Of a DNA stretch of 42,918 nt, positions 23,217 to 32,549 are shown in pieces. Under the pieces are notes generated by a model. It had not been told where the DNA came from. It did no database searches and was given only the letters and a program-made list of their open reading frames with translations. The DNA is from Pseudomonadota bacterium (GTDB taxonomy: Bacteria > Pseudomonadota > Gammaproteobacteria > Burkholderiales > Burkholderiaceae_C): assembly GCA_039804505.1 (NCBI GenBank), contig JBDLWA010000148.1, positions 1 through 42,918 on the forward strand, read 5' to 3'. The position numbers were made by a program, and so were the translations under genes. Every line of letters starts with the position of its first letter. The first letter of the stretch is position 1.

Positions 23217-25082
23217 CTAAGAAATAAGTTTGATACTGCCGGGCACAATTTTGGCACCGAAATCTTGAACCATGGCTTGAACCAAGGGGTCTGAATGAAT
23301 CAGGTCTTCTGCTGCTTTTTGCTTTTCGGCCAAGGCCGCCGCATTTCTTTGGGCTGGCGAATCTGTGACTTTACCAATTTCAACCATCAATTTCACCGAA
23401 TGACCTGCTGCATTCAAAGCCGTCTGCAATCGGTCACGCGCTGTCCCCTGATTTAAAGACTCACTTTCAATGCGCAAATGCCATTGATCGGTATCGCGTC
23501 CTATCAGTTGCGACTGGAGCGCCAGCTCACGCACAAGTGCAGTGATGGCTTCGGCACTGACCAAGGCTCTGACGGTTTCGGTCCAAAAATCACCCTCTTC
23601 TGTCGGCACTAAAACTTTTGTGGTGGTGCGGGGTGTTGGCTCAGAGGCCTCACGCACAGACAAAGTTTTGATTTGAATCGGCAAATCGACAAAGGGAGAT
23701 GAAGTGTCTTCTGCCCCTTCGTGGTCCCAAGCCGATGGCGTTTGTGGCTCTGTTTGTGGCTCTGCCACCTGAATTTGCCGTTTGGCTTGAAGCGCTGCTT
23801 GAGGCTTTGCAAGTGTGGCGACGGGGGAAGTTGCAGGTGCAGGCGTTGTTGCAGAAACTGAAGTGACCGTCGAAGGTGCGGCAGCCTGTTGAGCAACAGC
23901 GGGCGGATTAAGTGCCGAGACGGCTGGCGTTAGAGTTTTTTTTTCAGCCAAGTTTGCAGAAGCGGTGGTCTCTTGTCCCCGCTTCGGCTTAAATGCCAAC
24001 AGCCTGAGCAAGACCATGGTCATGGCGGCATATTCATCAGGCGCCAAACCCAGCTCTGTGCGGCCATGCAAACACAGGCTGTACAAAAGTTGGGTTTCAT
24101 CGGCGGGCATGATCTGCGACAAACGCAACATTTCTAAGTGATCAGGTTCATCGCTCTCGTTGGCTGATTGAGGCACTGCCTGAAATACAGCCATGCGCTG
24201 AAGCACCATCGACATGTCTTCCAGTGCAGAAGCCGCAGACAAACCATTGATTCGCAAATTTTCTGAAATAGCAACCACCGCCGCACCATCGCTACGGACC
24301 AAGGCATCAATCAAACCCAAGACATGGCTTCGGTCCACGCTGCCCAACATCAAGCGCACAGAGGCTTCTTGCAATTGACCACTGCCAAAAGCAATGGCTT
24401 GATCGGTGAGGCTCAAGGCATCCCGCATCGAGCCACGTGCAGCACGCGCCAGCAATCTGAGGGCTATCGGCTCGGCTACTAAGTTCTCGTGCGCCAAAAC
24501 TTGTGTCAAATGTTCGAACACCGTTTCGGGGGCCATGGGTCGCAAATTAAATTGCAGGCATCGCGACAGCACCGTGACGGGAACCTTTTGGGGATCGGTG
24601 GTGGCCAAAACAAACTTGAGGTACTCGGGCGGCTCTTCCAAAGTTTTCAACATGGCATTGAAAGCCGTGTTGGTCAACATGTGAACCTCGTCGATCATGA
24701 AGACCTTGAATCGCCCCTGAACGGGTTTGTAAACCGCTTGTTCCAGCAGGCTTTGAACTTCGTCAACGCCCCGATTGGACGCCGCATCGAGCTCGGTGTA
24801 ATCGACAAAGCGACCGGCATCGATGTCTTGGCAGGCTTGGCAAACACCACAAGGTTCCGCCGTAATACCCCCCTGACCGTCAAGGCCTTGGCAATTCAGG
24901 GATTTGGCCAAAATTCTGGACACCGTGGTCTTGCCCACGCCTCGCGTACCTGTAAAAAGATAGGCATGGTGCAAGCGTTGTTGCACCAAAGCATTGGTTA
25001 AAGCTTGCACGACGTGCTCTTGCCCCACCATTTCAGTGAAGTTGCGAGGACGGTATTTTCGTGCCAGAACAAGATAAGACAT
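23217..25082 (-). CDS. dnaX: DNA polymerase III subunit tau/gamma
   Basis: Motifs LARKYRP, GTRGVGKT, DEVHML and SRC; Ala/Pro linker, then C-terminal tau domain. Confidence 0.97.
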   Translation of the reverse strand: MSYLVLARKYRPRNFTEMVGQEHVVQALTNALVQQRLHHAYLFTGTRGVGKTTVSRILAKSLNCQGLDGQGGITAEPCGVCQACQDIDAGRFVDYTELDAASNRGVDEVQSLLEQAVYKPVQGRFKVFMIDEVHMLTNTAFNAMLKTLEEPPEYLKFVLATTDPQKVPVTVLSRCLQFNLRPMAPETVFEHLTQVLAHENLVAEPIALRLLARAARGSMRDALSLTDQAIAFGSGQLQEASVRLMLGSVDRSHVLGLIDALVRSDGAAVVAISENLRINGLSAASALEDMSMVLQRMAVFQAVPQSANESDEPDHLEMLRLSQIMPADETQLLYSLCLHGRTELGLAPDEYAAMTMVLLRLLAFKPKRGQETTASANLAEKKTLTPAVSALNPPAVAQQAAAPSTVTSVSATTPAPATSPVATLAKPQAALQAKRQIQVAEPQTEPQTPSAWDHEGAEDTSSPFVDLPIQIKTLSVREASEPTPRTTTKVLVPTEEGDFWTETVRALVSAEAITALVRELALQSQLIGRDTDQWHLRIESESLNQGTARDRLQTALNAAGHSVKLMVEIGKVTDSPAQRNAAALAEKQKAAEDLIHSDPLVQAMVQDFGAKIVPGSIKLIS

Positions 25083-25116
25083 GTGGTGATTCTATCGGTG
25101 TCTTACAATAGCGCTC

Positions 25117-25213
25117 GACGGGCCTTCCCGCATGGTCAAGCAGCCAACCGAGTCAGGTGGGGAACCAAGCAGCTCTAACTGTGGAGCCAGTGCCGGGGTC
25201 AAGGCTCGTCACC
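25117..25213 (+). ncRNA. ffs: Signal recognition particle 4.5S RNA
   Basis: Domain IV motif TCAGGTGGGGAACCAAGCAGC (GGAA tetraloop); ends GACGGGCCTT/AAGGCTCGTC pair; TACAAT -10 at 25104-25109; divergent from dnaX. Confidence 0.92.
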
Positions 25214-26533
25214 TTTCATTTTTTGGTGAACGCCCTGTGCCGCTTTCACCCCTGTAGACAAGCTGGCCGTGAGTAAATAGCCGCCTGTGGGCGCCTCCCA
25301 GTCCAGCATCTCACCCGCGCAAAACACACCTGGTAAATCTTTCAGTTCTAGGCTGGGCGTCATCCCCTGCCAAGAGATCCCCCCTGCGGTACTGATGGCT
25401 TCATCGATGGGCCGGGTAGACAAGAGCTTGACCTTCAAGGCCTTGATACCTTGGGCAAGCAAGGTAGGCGATTGCAAGATTTGGGGTAACAGCAATTCAT
25501 TCAACAAAGCCATCTTGACACCCTCCAAACCCAAGCGGCTTTTGAGGTGCGAAGACAAGCTGCGCGAACCTTTGGGATGTGATACCTCCGCCAAGACCTT
25601 TTCAGGCGAGAGGTGCGGCAACAAGTCCATTTCAATTTCCGCAAAGCCCTGTGCGTTGATCTGCTCTCGCAAATCGGCTGATGCCGCGTAAATCAAACTG
25701 CCTTCTAAGCCATAAGCGCTGGCCACAAATTCACCCGCTTGGCTTCGATGATCGCCTTGGGCGGTGTGCCATGACAGGGTTACCGACTTCAGCGGATGCC
25801 CCGCGAATCGGTCTGTAAAAAATGGGGTCCAACCCTGCCCTGCACGCCCCGCCACGTGAAAACCGCAGTTGGCCGGTTGAAGCGGACTGATGGGCACGCC
25901 TTTCTGCGCCAGCCATGGGACCCAAGCGCCATCGGACCCCAGCCTAGACCAACTGGCGCCACCCAGCGCCAATATCACGGCATGCGCTCTCACTTTTGAA
26001 GACTTCACGTTTGCTGTGCCTACTTCTTGAATTTCAAAATCTAGTTCAACTTGACCAGGCCTTGCCCCAAGCAATGAGGTCATTCCCATGAGTTTGTGAC
26101 GCATGTGAAATTTGACCGGCTTGCCTTGAAGCGGGTGTCGCAAGCGCTGAAGCCAGGCACGAAGCAATGGGGCGGCTTTCATCTCCGTTGGGAAAACACG
26201 TCCCGAGGTGCCCACAAAGGTTTCAATGCCCAAACCGTGGGCCCATTGCCGCAACTCTGCCGCGCCCCATTCACTCAGGGCAGGTGTGATGTGCGCTTGC
26301 TTGTCACCGAATCGCGTCATCAATTTGGCCGTGGGCTCTGAGTGCGTCAAATTCAGACCACCACGCCCCGCTAGCAAGAATTTACGCCCCACCGAGGGCA
26401 TGGCATCAAACACATGAACCTCACGACCTAAATTTGACAGGATTTCGGCCGCCATCAAACCTGCTGGACCGCCGCCCACAATGGCGACAGAAATGGTCTG
26501 TGAACTCTCTAAAAACTGCAAGTTGGAATTCAT
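25199..26533 (-). CDS. HI0933/BaiN-family FAD-dependent oxidoreductase
   Basis: Motifs GGGPAG, GRKFLLAGRGGLNLTHSE, GRVFP, AISTAGG and GEMLDWEAPTGGYLL. Confidence 0.92.
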   Translation of the reverse strand: MNSNLQFLESSQTISVAIVGGGPAGLMAAEILSNLGREVHVFDAMPSVGRKFLLAGRGGLNLTHSEPTAKLMTRFGDKQAHITPALSEWGAAELRQWAHGLGIETFVGTSGRVFPTEMKAAPLLRAWLQRLRHPLQGKPVKFHMRHKLMGMTSLLGARPGQVELDFEIQEVGTANVKSSKVRAHAVILALGGASWSRLGSDGAWVPWLAQKGVPISPLQPANCGFHVAGRAGQGWTPFFTDRFAGHPLKSVTLSWHTAQGDHRSQAGEFVASAYGLEGSLIYAASADLREQINAQGFAEIEMDLLPHLSPEKVLAEVSHPKGSRSLSSHLKSRLGLEGVKMALLNELLLPQILQSPTLLAQGIKALKVKLLSTRPIDEAISTAGGISWQGMTPSLELKDLPGVFCAGEMLDWEAPTGGYLLTASLSTGVKAAQGVHQKMKGDEP

Positions 26534-26684
26534 GAATTGAAAAAAAGAAAGCGCGCTGAGTCTCGTGGAGGACTCAAAGAAACAAATGATGCCCTGATGA
26601 CTGAGCGGATTTATGGGTTTCTGTCAAAATAACGAAACTTTAGAAACGCACTTTAGCGCAAATCATTTTTACAAGGAATGGGCC

Positions 26685-27017
26685 ATGGCCAGCGAATTGA
26701 TCAAACACATTACCGACGCTTCCTTTGATGCTGACGTCATCAAGTCAGACAAACCCGTGGTCGTTGATTTTTGGGCTGAATGGTGTGGTCCCTGCAAAAT
26801 GATTGCCCCCATTTTGGATGAAGTGGCAACCGGCTACGAAGGTAAGTTGCAAATTACCAAAATGAATGTCGACGAAAACCGTGACATCCCTGCCAAATTT
26901 GGCATTCGTGGCATTCCCACCTTGATGATTTTCAAAGATGGCCAATTGGCTGCGACCAAAGTGGGCGCCATGAGCAAAGCTCAATTGACCGCTTTCATTG
27001 ACCAACAATTGGTTTGA
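26685..27017 (+). CDS. trxA: Thioredoxin 1
   Basis: WCGPC active site and GIPTL; SD AAGGA before ATG 26685; upstream of rho. Confidence 0.97.
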   Translation: MASELIKHITDASFDADVIKSDKPVVVDFWAEWCGPCKMIAPILDEVATGYEGKLQITKMNVDENRDIPAKFGIRGIPTLMIFKDGQLAATKVGAMSKAQLTAFIDQQLV

Positions 27018-27132
27018 TGCATTGACCGGGTCCCTCTTCCCAGAGCTACCCGGCCCACTTGATCGGGTGGCCCCCTCAAAATGGCCTAGCTCGGGGTCTT
27101 CCGGTCAATCCTTGTGGTGCATCCCAAAATCC

Positions 27133-27141
27133 TGTCATAAT
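27133..27141 (+). promoter_or_regulatory. Putative extended -10 promoter for rho
   Basis: TG-T-CATAAT about 200 nt upstream of the rho ATG. Confidence 0.45.
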
Positions 27142-27345
27142 CCGTTTCGTTGAACCCCAAAAGGGTTACAGCACAGTTTCAAGTTAGAAACTTATTAAAG
27201 TCCCCAGCGTCTTCTACCCGCCTTTGACGCAAGGTTTCAGGCTTTGGTTTCTATGCAATTGAAACGAAGTACTTGAAATTTTCGGTTACCCCCTCCCCCA
27301 TTTTTTGACGACAACCCATGAGGGTTGATACACGCAGGTAAATCC

Positions 27346-28608
27346 ATGCACTTAAACGAACTCAAGGCACTGCACGTGTCTGAAGTCCTCAAGCAAGCTG
27401 AAGCTCTTGAGATTGAAAATACGGGCCGCATGCGCAAACAAGAATTGATGTTTGCCATCATTAAAAAGCGCGCCCGTGCTGGTGAACAAGTGTTTGCCGA
27501 TGGCGTCCTAGAAATCTTGCCCGATGGCTTTGGTTTCTTGCGCAGCCCCGACACCAGCTATACCGCCAGCACCGACGACATTTACATCAGCCCCAGCCAA
27601 GTGCGCAGATTCAATTTGCACACCGGCGACATGATTGAAGGCGAAGTTCGCATCCCAAAAGATGGCGAGCGCTACTTTGCCCTCACCAAGCTTGACAAGG
27701 TCAATGGCGATTTGCCAGAGAACAACAAGCACAAGATCATGTTTGAGAACTTGACGCCCTTGTTCCCCAACATCCAGATGCGTCTTGAGCGTGATATCAA
27801 GGCTGACGAGAACATCACCAGCCGCGTCATTGACATCATTGCTCCCATTGGCAAAGGCCAACGCGCCCTGATTGTGGCTCAGCCCAAGTCTGGCAAAACC
27901 GTCATGATGCAACACATTGCGCATGCCATTACCGCCAACAACCCCGATGTTCACCTCATGGTGTTGCTGGTGGATGAGCGCCCTGAAGAAGTGACAGAAA
28001 TGCAGCGCACGGTGCGCGGCGAAGTGATTGCCTCGACCTTCGATGAGCCAGCAGCTCGTCACGTGCACGTGGCCGAAATGGTCATCGAGCGCGCTAAGCG
28101 TTTGGTAGAACTGAAAAAAGACGTGGTCATCTTGTTGGACTCGATTACCCGTTTGGCACGTGCCTACAACAACGTGGTGCCCAGCTCCGGCAAGGTCTTG
28201 ACCGGCGGTGTTGATGCCAATGCATTGCAACGCCCCAAGCGTTTCTTTGGTGCAGCTCGCAATGTGGAAGAAGGCGGCAGCCTCACCATCATCGCCACAG
28301 CCCTGGTCGATACCGGCAGCCGTATGGACGAGGTGATCTTTGAAGAATTCAAGGGCACTGGCAATTGCGAAATCCATTTGGAGCGCCGCTTGTACGAAAA
28401 GCGCGTGTTCCCTGCTATCAACTTGAACCGCAGCGGTACCCGACGCGAAGAAATGTTGTTGCAACCCGAAGTTCTGCAAAAGACCCGAATCTTGCGTCAG
28501 TTCATGTACAACATGGACGAAATCGAAGCGATGGAAATGGTCCTGAAGAGCATGAAAGCCACCAAGAGCAATGTCGAATTCTTCGACATGATGCGCCGAG
28601 GCGGCTAA
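27346..28608 (+). CDS. rho: Transcription termination factor Rho
   Basis: Motifs [32 protein letters not shown] and EEFKGTGN. Confidence 0.98.
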   Translation: MHLNELKALHVSEVLKQAEALEIENTGRMRKQELMFAIIKKRARAGEQVFADGVLEILPDGFGFLRSPDTSYTASTDDIYISPSQVRRFNLHTGDMIEGEVRIPKDGERYFALTKLDKVNGDLPENNKHKIMFENLTPLFPNIQMRLERDIKADENITSRVIDIIAPIGKGQRALIVAQPKSGKTVMMQHIAHAITANNPDVHLMVLLVDERPEEVTEMQRTVRGEVIASTFDEPAARHVHVAEMVIERAKRLVELKKDVVILLDSITRLARAYNNVVPSSGKVLTGGVDANALQRPKRFFGAARNVEEGGSLTIIATALVDTGSRMDEVIFEEFKGTGNCEIHLERRLYEKRVFPAINLNRSGTRREEMLLQPEVLQKTRILRQFMYNMDEIEAMEMVLKSMKATKSNVEFFDMMRRGG

Positions 28609-28639
28609 AAAGTTGTTTTAACGACCCCAATTTGGCATG

Positions 28640-28652
28640 CAAGTCTTTGATT
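28640..28652 (-). promoter_or_regulatory. IHF consensus site in the rpmE2 promoter
   Basis: Minus strand AATCAAAGACTTG matches WATCAANNNNTTR, just upstream of TG-C-CATAAT (28656-28664). Confidence 0.45.
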
Positions 28653-28734
28653 TCATGCCATAATCTCGTTTTTCGCGAAAAGTACCCCAGATGGTCTGGT
28701 GGCGGCTGTCGCAACTGAACTCTAGGAAAAGATC

Positions 28735-28995
28735 ATGAAAGAAGGCATTCACCCCAACTACCGAGAAGTTTGTTTCTTGGATTTGTCTAACGGCTTCAAG
28801 TTCGTCACACGTTCTTGCGTCAATGCCAAAGAAATGGTGAAAATGGACGACGGCCGCGAATTGCCTTTGTTCAAACTGGATACTTCCAGCGAATCACACC
28901 CCTTCTACACAGGTACACAAAAATCTGTGGACAACATGGGTGGTCGCGTTGAGAAATTCCGCAACCGCTTCGGTAAAACAAGCATTACCAAGTAA
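28735..28995 (+). CDS. rpmE2: 50S ribosomal protein L31 type B (non-Zn-binding)
   Basis: [16 protein letters not shown] and GRVEKF; 86 aa; lacks the paired CxxC motifs. Confidence 0.95.
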   Translation: MKEGIHPNYREVCFLDLSNGFKFVTRSCVNAKEMVKMDDGRELPLFKLDTSSESHPFYTGTQKSVDNMGGRVEKFRNRFGKTSITK

Positions 28996-29020
28996 TCACA
29001 AGTCATTCTCTGACTTATGC

Positions 29021-29056
29021 AGGGCAGCCCGGGCAACCGGCCTGCCCTTGTTTTTT
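29021..29056 (+). terminator. Intrinsic terminator after rpmE2
   Basis: AGGGCAG-C-CCGG(GCAA)CCGG-C-CTGCCCT followed by TGTTTTTT. Confidence 0.8.
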
Positions 29057-29083
29057 GCCCCTGCTCTCTGATAATGTCGATCT

Positions 29084-30823
29084 GTGACTTACCACGCGCC
29101 TGACACCTCTTCCAATCCTGCCATCGTGGCGCAAAGTGCCGTGCGGCGTTTACCGCGCTGGGTCTTGCTGTGCTTCTGTTTGGCATATGTGTTACCTGGT
29201 TTTCTAGGTCGCACCCCCTGGAAATCGGATGACATGGAAGCCTTTGGTTTCATGCTTCACTTAGCGCAAGCGCTGGGACCTGAGGCCGTTTCCTGGCTCA
29301 AGCCCACACTTCTGGGGCAAGCCGACCCACTGGCCGCGCTGCTCCCATACTGGCTAGGTGCCTGGGCCATGCAATGGGCGCCAGCTGGATTGCCTTTAGA
29401 CACGGCGGCCAGGATGCCTTTCATGGCCATGCTGGCCATCACATTGACCGCCACTTGGTATGGCGTTTATGCACTGGCCAGAACGCCAGCAGCACAGCCG
29501 GTCACCTTCGCATTTGGGGGCGAAGCCCGACCTGCCGATTACGCCCGCGCCATCGCCGACGGGGGTTTGTTGGCCATGCTGGCCAGCCTAGGCTTGGCCA
29601 GACTATCGCATGAGGCGACACCTGCTTCGGCTCAATTGTGTTTCGCCACCTTGTTGTTCTTTGCACTGGCCAACTTACCTCGAAAGCGCCAAGGTGCTTT
29701 GATCAGTGCCGCCTGTGCCATCTTGGGTTTGGCGCTTTCGGGCGCGCCAAGCCTGGCCATGATCTTGGGTGTCGGTGGCGCTTTGATCATGGCGCTAGAC
29801 CGACAAAAACCCAATTCCTTGCGCGCAAAAAGTACCGATGTGGCTTGGGTCCTGCTGATTTGTTTGATCACTGCGGCCATGGTCAGTGCCCTGGGTTTAT
29901 GGCGATGGCGTGTGGCCTCTTCGCATGTTTTTGAAATCAAGGCCATGACCCGCTTGTTGATTTGGTTCACATGGCCCACCTGGCCCTTGGCGCTGTGGAC
30001 CCTCTGGCGCTGGCGATACCAACTCAAAAATCTGTTCGCCAATCCCCACTTGTCTTTACCGCTGTGGTTTTGTATCGTGGCGATCACCAACACATGGCTG
30101 TCAGGCCTTAGCGATCGTGCATTGCTGCTGGGCTTGCCTGCTTTTGCAACACTGGCGGCATTCGCCTTACCCACTCTGAGGCGAAGTGTCGGCGCCTTCA
30201 TCGATTGGTTCACCTTGCTGTTTTTCAGCTTTGGTGCGCTGATCATTTGGGTGGTTTGGTTGTCGATGCAAACTGGCTATCCCGCGCAGCCAGCCATCAA
30301 TGTCAGCAGACTCGCACCGGGATTTGAACCCAGCTTTTCGGGCTGGGCTTTGGCGGTCGGTCTCGTGGCCTCCTTGGTGTGGGCTAGCTTGGTGAAATGG
30401 CGCGCAGGTCGTCACCGGTCTGCGCTCTGGAAAAGCATGGCCTTGCCTGCGGGCGGCGCCACGCTTTGCTGGTTGTTGGTCATGACACTTTGGCTTCCCT
30501 TGCTCAATTTTGCGAGAAGCTATGAGCCCTTGGTCGTCAAAGTGAAATCGATGATAGGCGAGACAGACTGCGTTCATTACTATGGCCTCACAAGAGCGCA
30601 AGGCACTGCCTTTGAATTCCATGGACAACTCACGCTGCGCCCACTCGCCTCAAAAGACGAGGCTTCTGACAACGCTTCGAAGCGTTGTGCTTGGCTCATT
30701 GTGGATACTCAGGCCCTCAACACCTTGCCCAGAGAAATGGACATGAGTGCATGGGTTCAACACGCCACCGTCAGACGGCCTTCCGATAACAACGAAGACA
30801 TCGTTTTGTACAGAATCCGTTGA
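29084..30823 (+). CDS. ArnT/PMT-like (GT-C fold) polytopic membrane protein
   Basis: PG.LGR.PWK.DD after the first TM, LLPYWLGA and WFTWP.WPLALW; many TM segments. Confidence 0.7.
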   Translation: MTYHAPDTSSNPAIVAQSAVRRLPRWVLLCFCLAYVLPGFLGRTPWKSDDMEAFGFMLHLAQALGPEAVSWLKPTLLGQADPLAALLPYWLGAWAMQWAPAGLPLDTAARMPFMAMLAITLTATWYGVYALARTPAAQPVTFAFGGEARPADYARAIADGGLLAMLASLGLARLSHEATPASAQLCFATLLFFALANLPRKRQGALISAACAILGLALSGAPSLAMILGVGGALIMALDRQKPNSLRAKSTDVAWVLLICLITAAMVSALGLWRWRVASSHVFEIKAMTRLLIWFTWPTWPLALWTLWRWRYQLKNLFANPHLSLPLWFCIVAITNTWLSGLSDRALLLGLPAFATLAAFALPTLRRSVGAFIDWFTLLFFSFGALIIWVVWLSMQTGYPAQPAINVSRLAPGFEPSFSGWALAVGLVASLVWASLVKWRAGRHRSALWKSMALPAGGATLCWLLVMTLWLPLLNFARSYEPLVVKVKSMIGETDCVHYYGLTRAQGTAFEFHGQLTLRPLASKDEASDNASKRCAWLIVDTQALNTLPREMDMSAWVQHATVRRPSDNNEDIVLYRIR

Positions 30824-32164
30824 ATGTTTGAAGCGCGAACCATCGTTCGGCATGCCGGCACTGTCTTGATCGGTCAGTTGGCTGTGATGGCCTTTGGCAT
30901 TGCCGACACTGTCATTGCGGGCCGATATGACGCATCTGCTTTGGCTGCCCTCTCGGTGGGCTCGGCCATTTACATCAGTATTTATGTGGCACTCAACGGT
31001 CTCATGCAGGCCTTGCTGCCAGTGTGGTCCGAACTGAGGGGCGCAGGCGCGAAAGCGGCCCTAGGCCAATCCGTGCGGCAGGCACTCTATTTGTGTTTAG
31101 GCGCCAGCAGTCTAGGCACCTTGGCTTTGTTGTTGCCAGATCCTTGGCTTCAATGGACCGGCGTGCCAGAGGCATTGCAAGCCGACGTGAAAGCCTACCT
31201 CCAAGTACTGGCTGTTGCGGTCGGGCCCTCCCTGCTGTTTCGGATGTATGCCACCTTGAATCAAAGCTTAGGCATGCCGCTTTGGGTCACAGGACTGCAA
31301 ATTGCAGCATTGGTCATCAAGATTCCCTTGTCGATTTGGTTCACTTTAGGGGGACTGGGTCTTGAAGCGCAAGGCGTTGTGGGCTGTGCGTGGGCCACCC
31401 TGGTGGTCAACACTTGGTTGATGTGCATGAGCTTTTATTTTTTAAGACATCAAGCGGTGTATGCCGACTACAAAATTTGGCAGCCCATGGAGCCTATCAA
31501 CTGGGCAAGCTTAGGTCAGTTTTTGAGACTGGGTGTGCCCTCGGGTTTGTCATTGATGGTGGAGGTCACCGCCTTCACCATGATGGCCCTCTTCATTTCT
31601 AGGCAAGGTGTGGTGGCGGCAGCCAGCCATCAAATTGCCACCAGCCTGGCCAGTTTGATGTACATGGTGCCTTTGGCCTTGGGCATTGCCTGTAGTGCGC
31701 GCGTGGGGTTTTGGTTGGGTGCAGGCAAAGCCAGAAACGCTGAAAAAGCGGCGCATACAGGACTCAAACTCAGCCTGATGCTGGCTATTCTTTGCAGTGG
31801 TTTGTTGGGTATTTTTCGAGAACCTTTGGCACATTTGTTCTCAGCCAATCTTGAAGTTGCTTTGGCGGCTACAAGCGTATTGGCATGGGTCGCTTTCTAC
31901 CATTTAGTCGATGCGCTCCAAGCGGTGTGCGCTTTTATCTTGCGTTGCTATCGAATGACCCTCTTACCCCTGGCCATCTACAGCGTGATGTTGTGGGGCG
32001 TTGGTTTAGGCGGCGCCTATCTGTGGGCTTATCAGGGTTGGGGCAGCCTCATGGCCCGCCCCGAAGTCAGTACATTTTGGGCAGCCAGTAGCTTTGCGTT
32101 GTTGGTGGTAACAGTCGCCTTTGTGAGTCTCGTGTTGTGGGTTGCCAAGCAAAGGCGTCTTTAA
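30824..32164 (+). CDS. MATE-family efflux transporter (NorM-like)
   Basis: Motifs DTVIAG, GVVGCAWAT, LGVP.G....E and ASHQIA; about 12 TM segments. Confidence 0.92.
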   Translation: MFEARTIVRHAGTVLIGQLAVMAFGIADTVIAGRYDASALAALSVGSAIYISIYVALNGLMQALLPVWSELRGAGAKAALGQSVRQALYLCLGASSLGTLALLLPDPWLQWTGVPEALQADVKAYLQVLAVAVGPSLLFRMYATLNQSLGMPLWVTGLQIAALVIKIPLSIWFTLGGLGLEAQGVVGCAWATLVVNTWLMCMSFYFLRHQAVYADYKIWQPMEPINWASLGQFLRLGVPSGLSLMVEVTAFTMMALFISRQGVVAAASHQIATSLASLMYMVPLALGIACSARVGFWLGAGKARNAEKAAHTGLKLSLMLAILCSGLLGIFREPLAHLFSANLEVALAATSVLAWVAFYHLVDALQAVCAFILRCYRMTLLPLAIYSVMLWGVGLGGAYLWAYQGWGSLMARPEVSTFWAASSFALLVVTVAFVSLVLWVAKQRRL

Positions 32165-32234
32165 TTTGTCAAAATAGGCTGGTACTGTCACAACACATCT
32201 TTTTATCCGTCTCATTAGACCTATCAGGAACATC

Positions 32235-32534
32235 ATGATTCTCGAACTAGCAGACATTCGCATTACCCCCGGTCAACATGAAGCCTTTGAAGAGGCCATT
32301 GCGCGGGGCATCAGCACCGTGATTTCTCGTGCCAAAGGATTTCAGGGCGCCAAGGTCAATCGTGGCATTGAAAATCCAGATCGCTTTGTGTTGCAAATTT
32401 TTTGGGATACCTTAGAAGACCACACTGTGGGCTTTCGAGAGTCACCCTTGTTTACAGAATGGCGTGCCATTGTGGGTCCCTTCTTTGCGGCCCCCCCATT
32501 TGTTGAGCATTTTGAATTGACTTACAAAAGTTAA
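32235..32534 (+). CDS. Antibiotic biosynthesis monooxygenase (ABM)-family protein
   Basis: 99 aa; FEEA...ISRAKGF, WDTLEDHTVGFR.S..F.EWR. Confidence 0.85.
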   Translation: MILELADIRITPGQHEAFEEAIARGISTVISRAKGFQGAKVNRGIENPDRFVLQIFWDTLEDHTVGFRESPLFTEWRAIVGPFFAAPPFVEHFELTYKS

Positions 32535-32549
32535 TTCAAGCCTTGTTGG

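Noticed and set aside
26539-26576. Hairpin TGAGTC...GACTCA with a minus-strand T-run just upstream of the flavoprotein gene (possible attenuator)
   Set aside because: The stem is short and separated from the T-run by several nucleotides, and no antiterminator or leader peptide is evident.
27508-28479. 323-aa ORF antisense to rho
   Set aside because: Shadow frame expected from codon bias of a highly expressed gene; no recognisable motifs or start signals.
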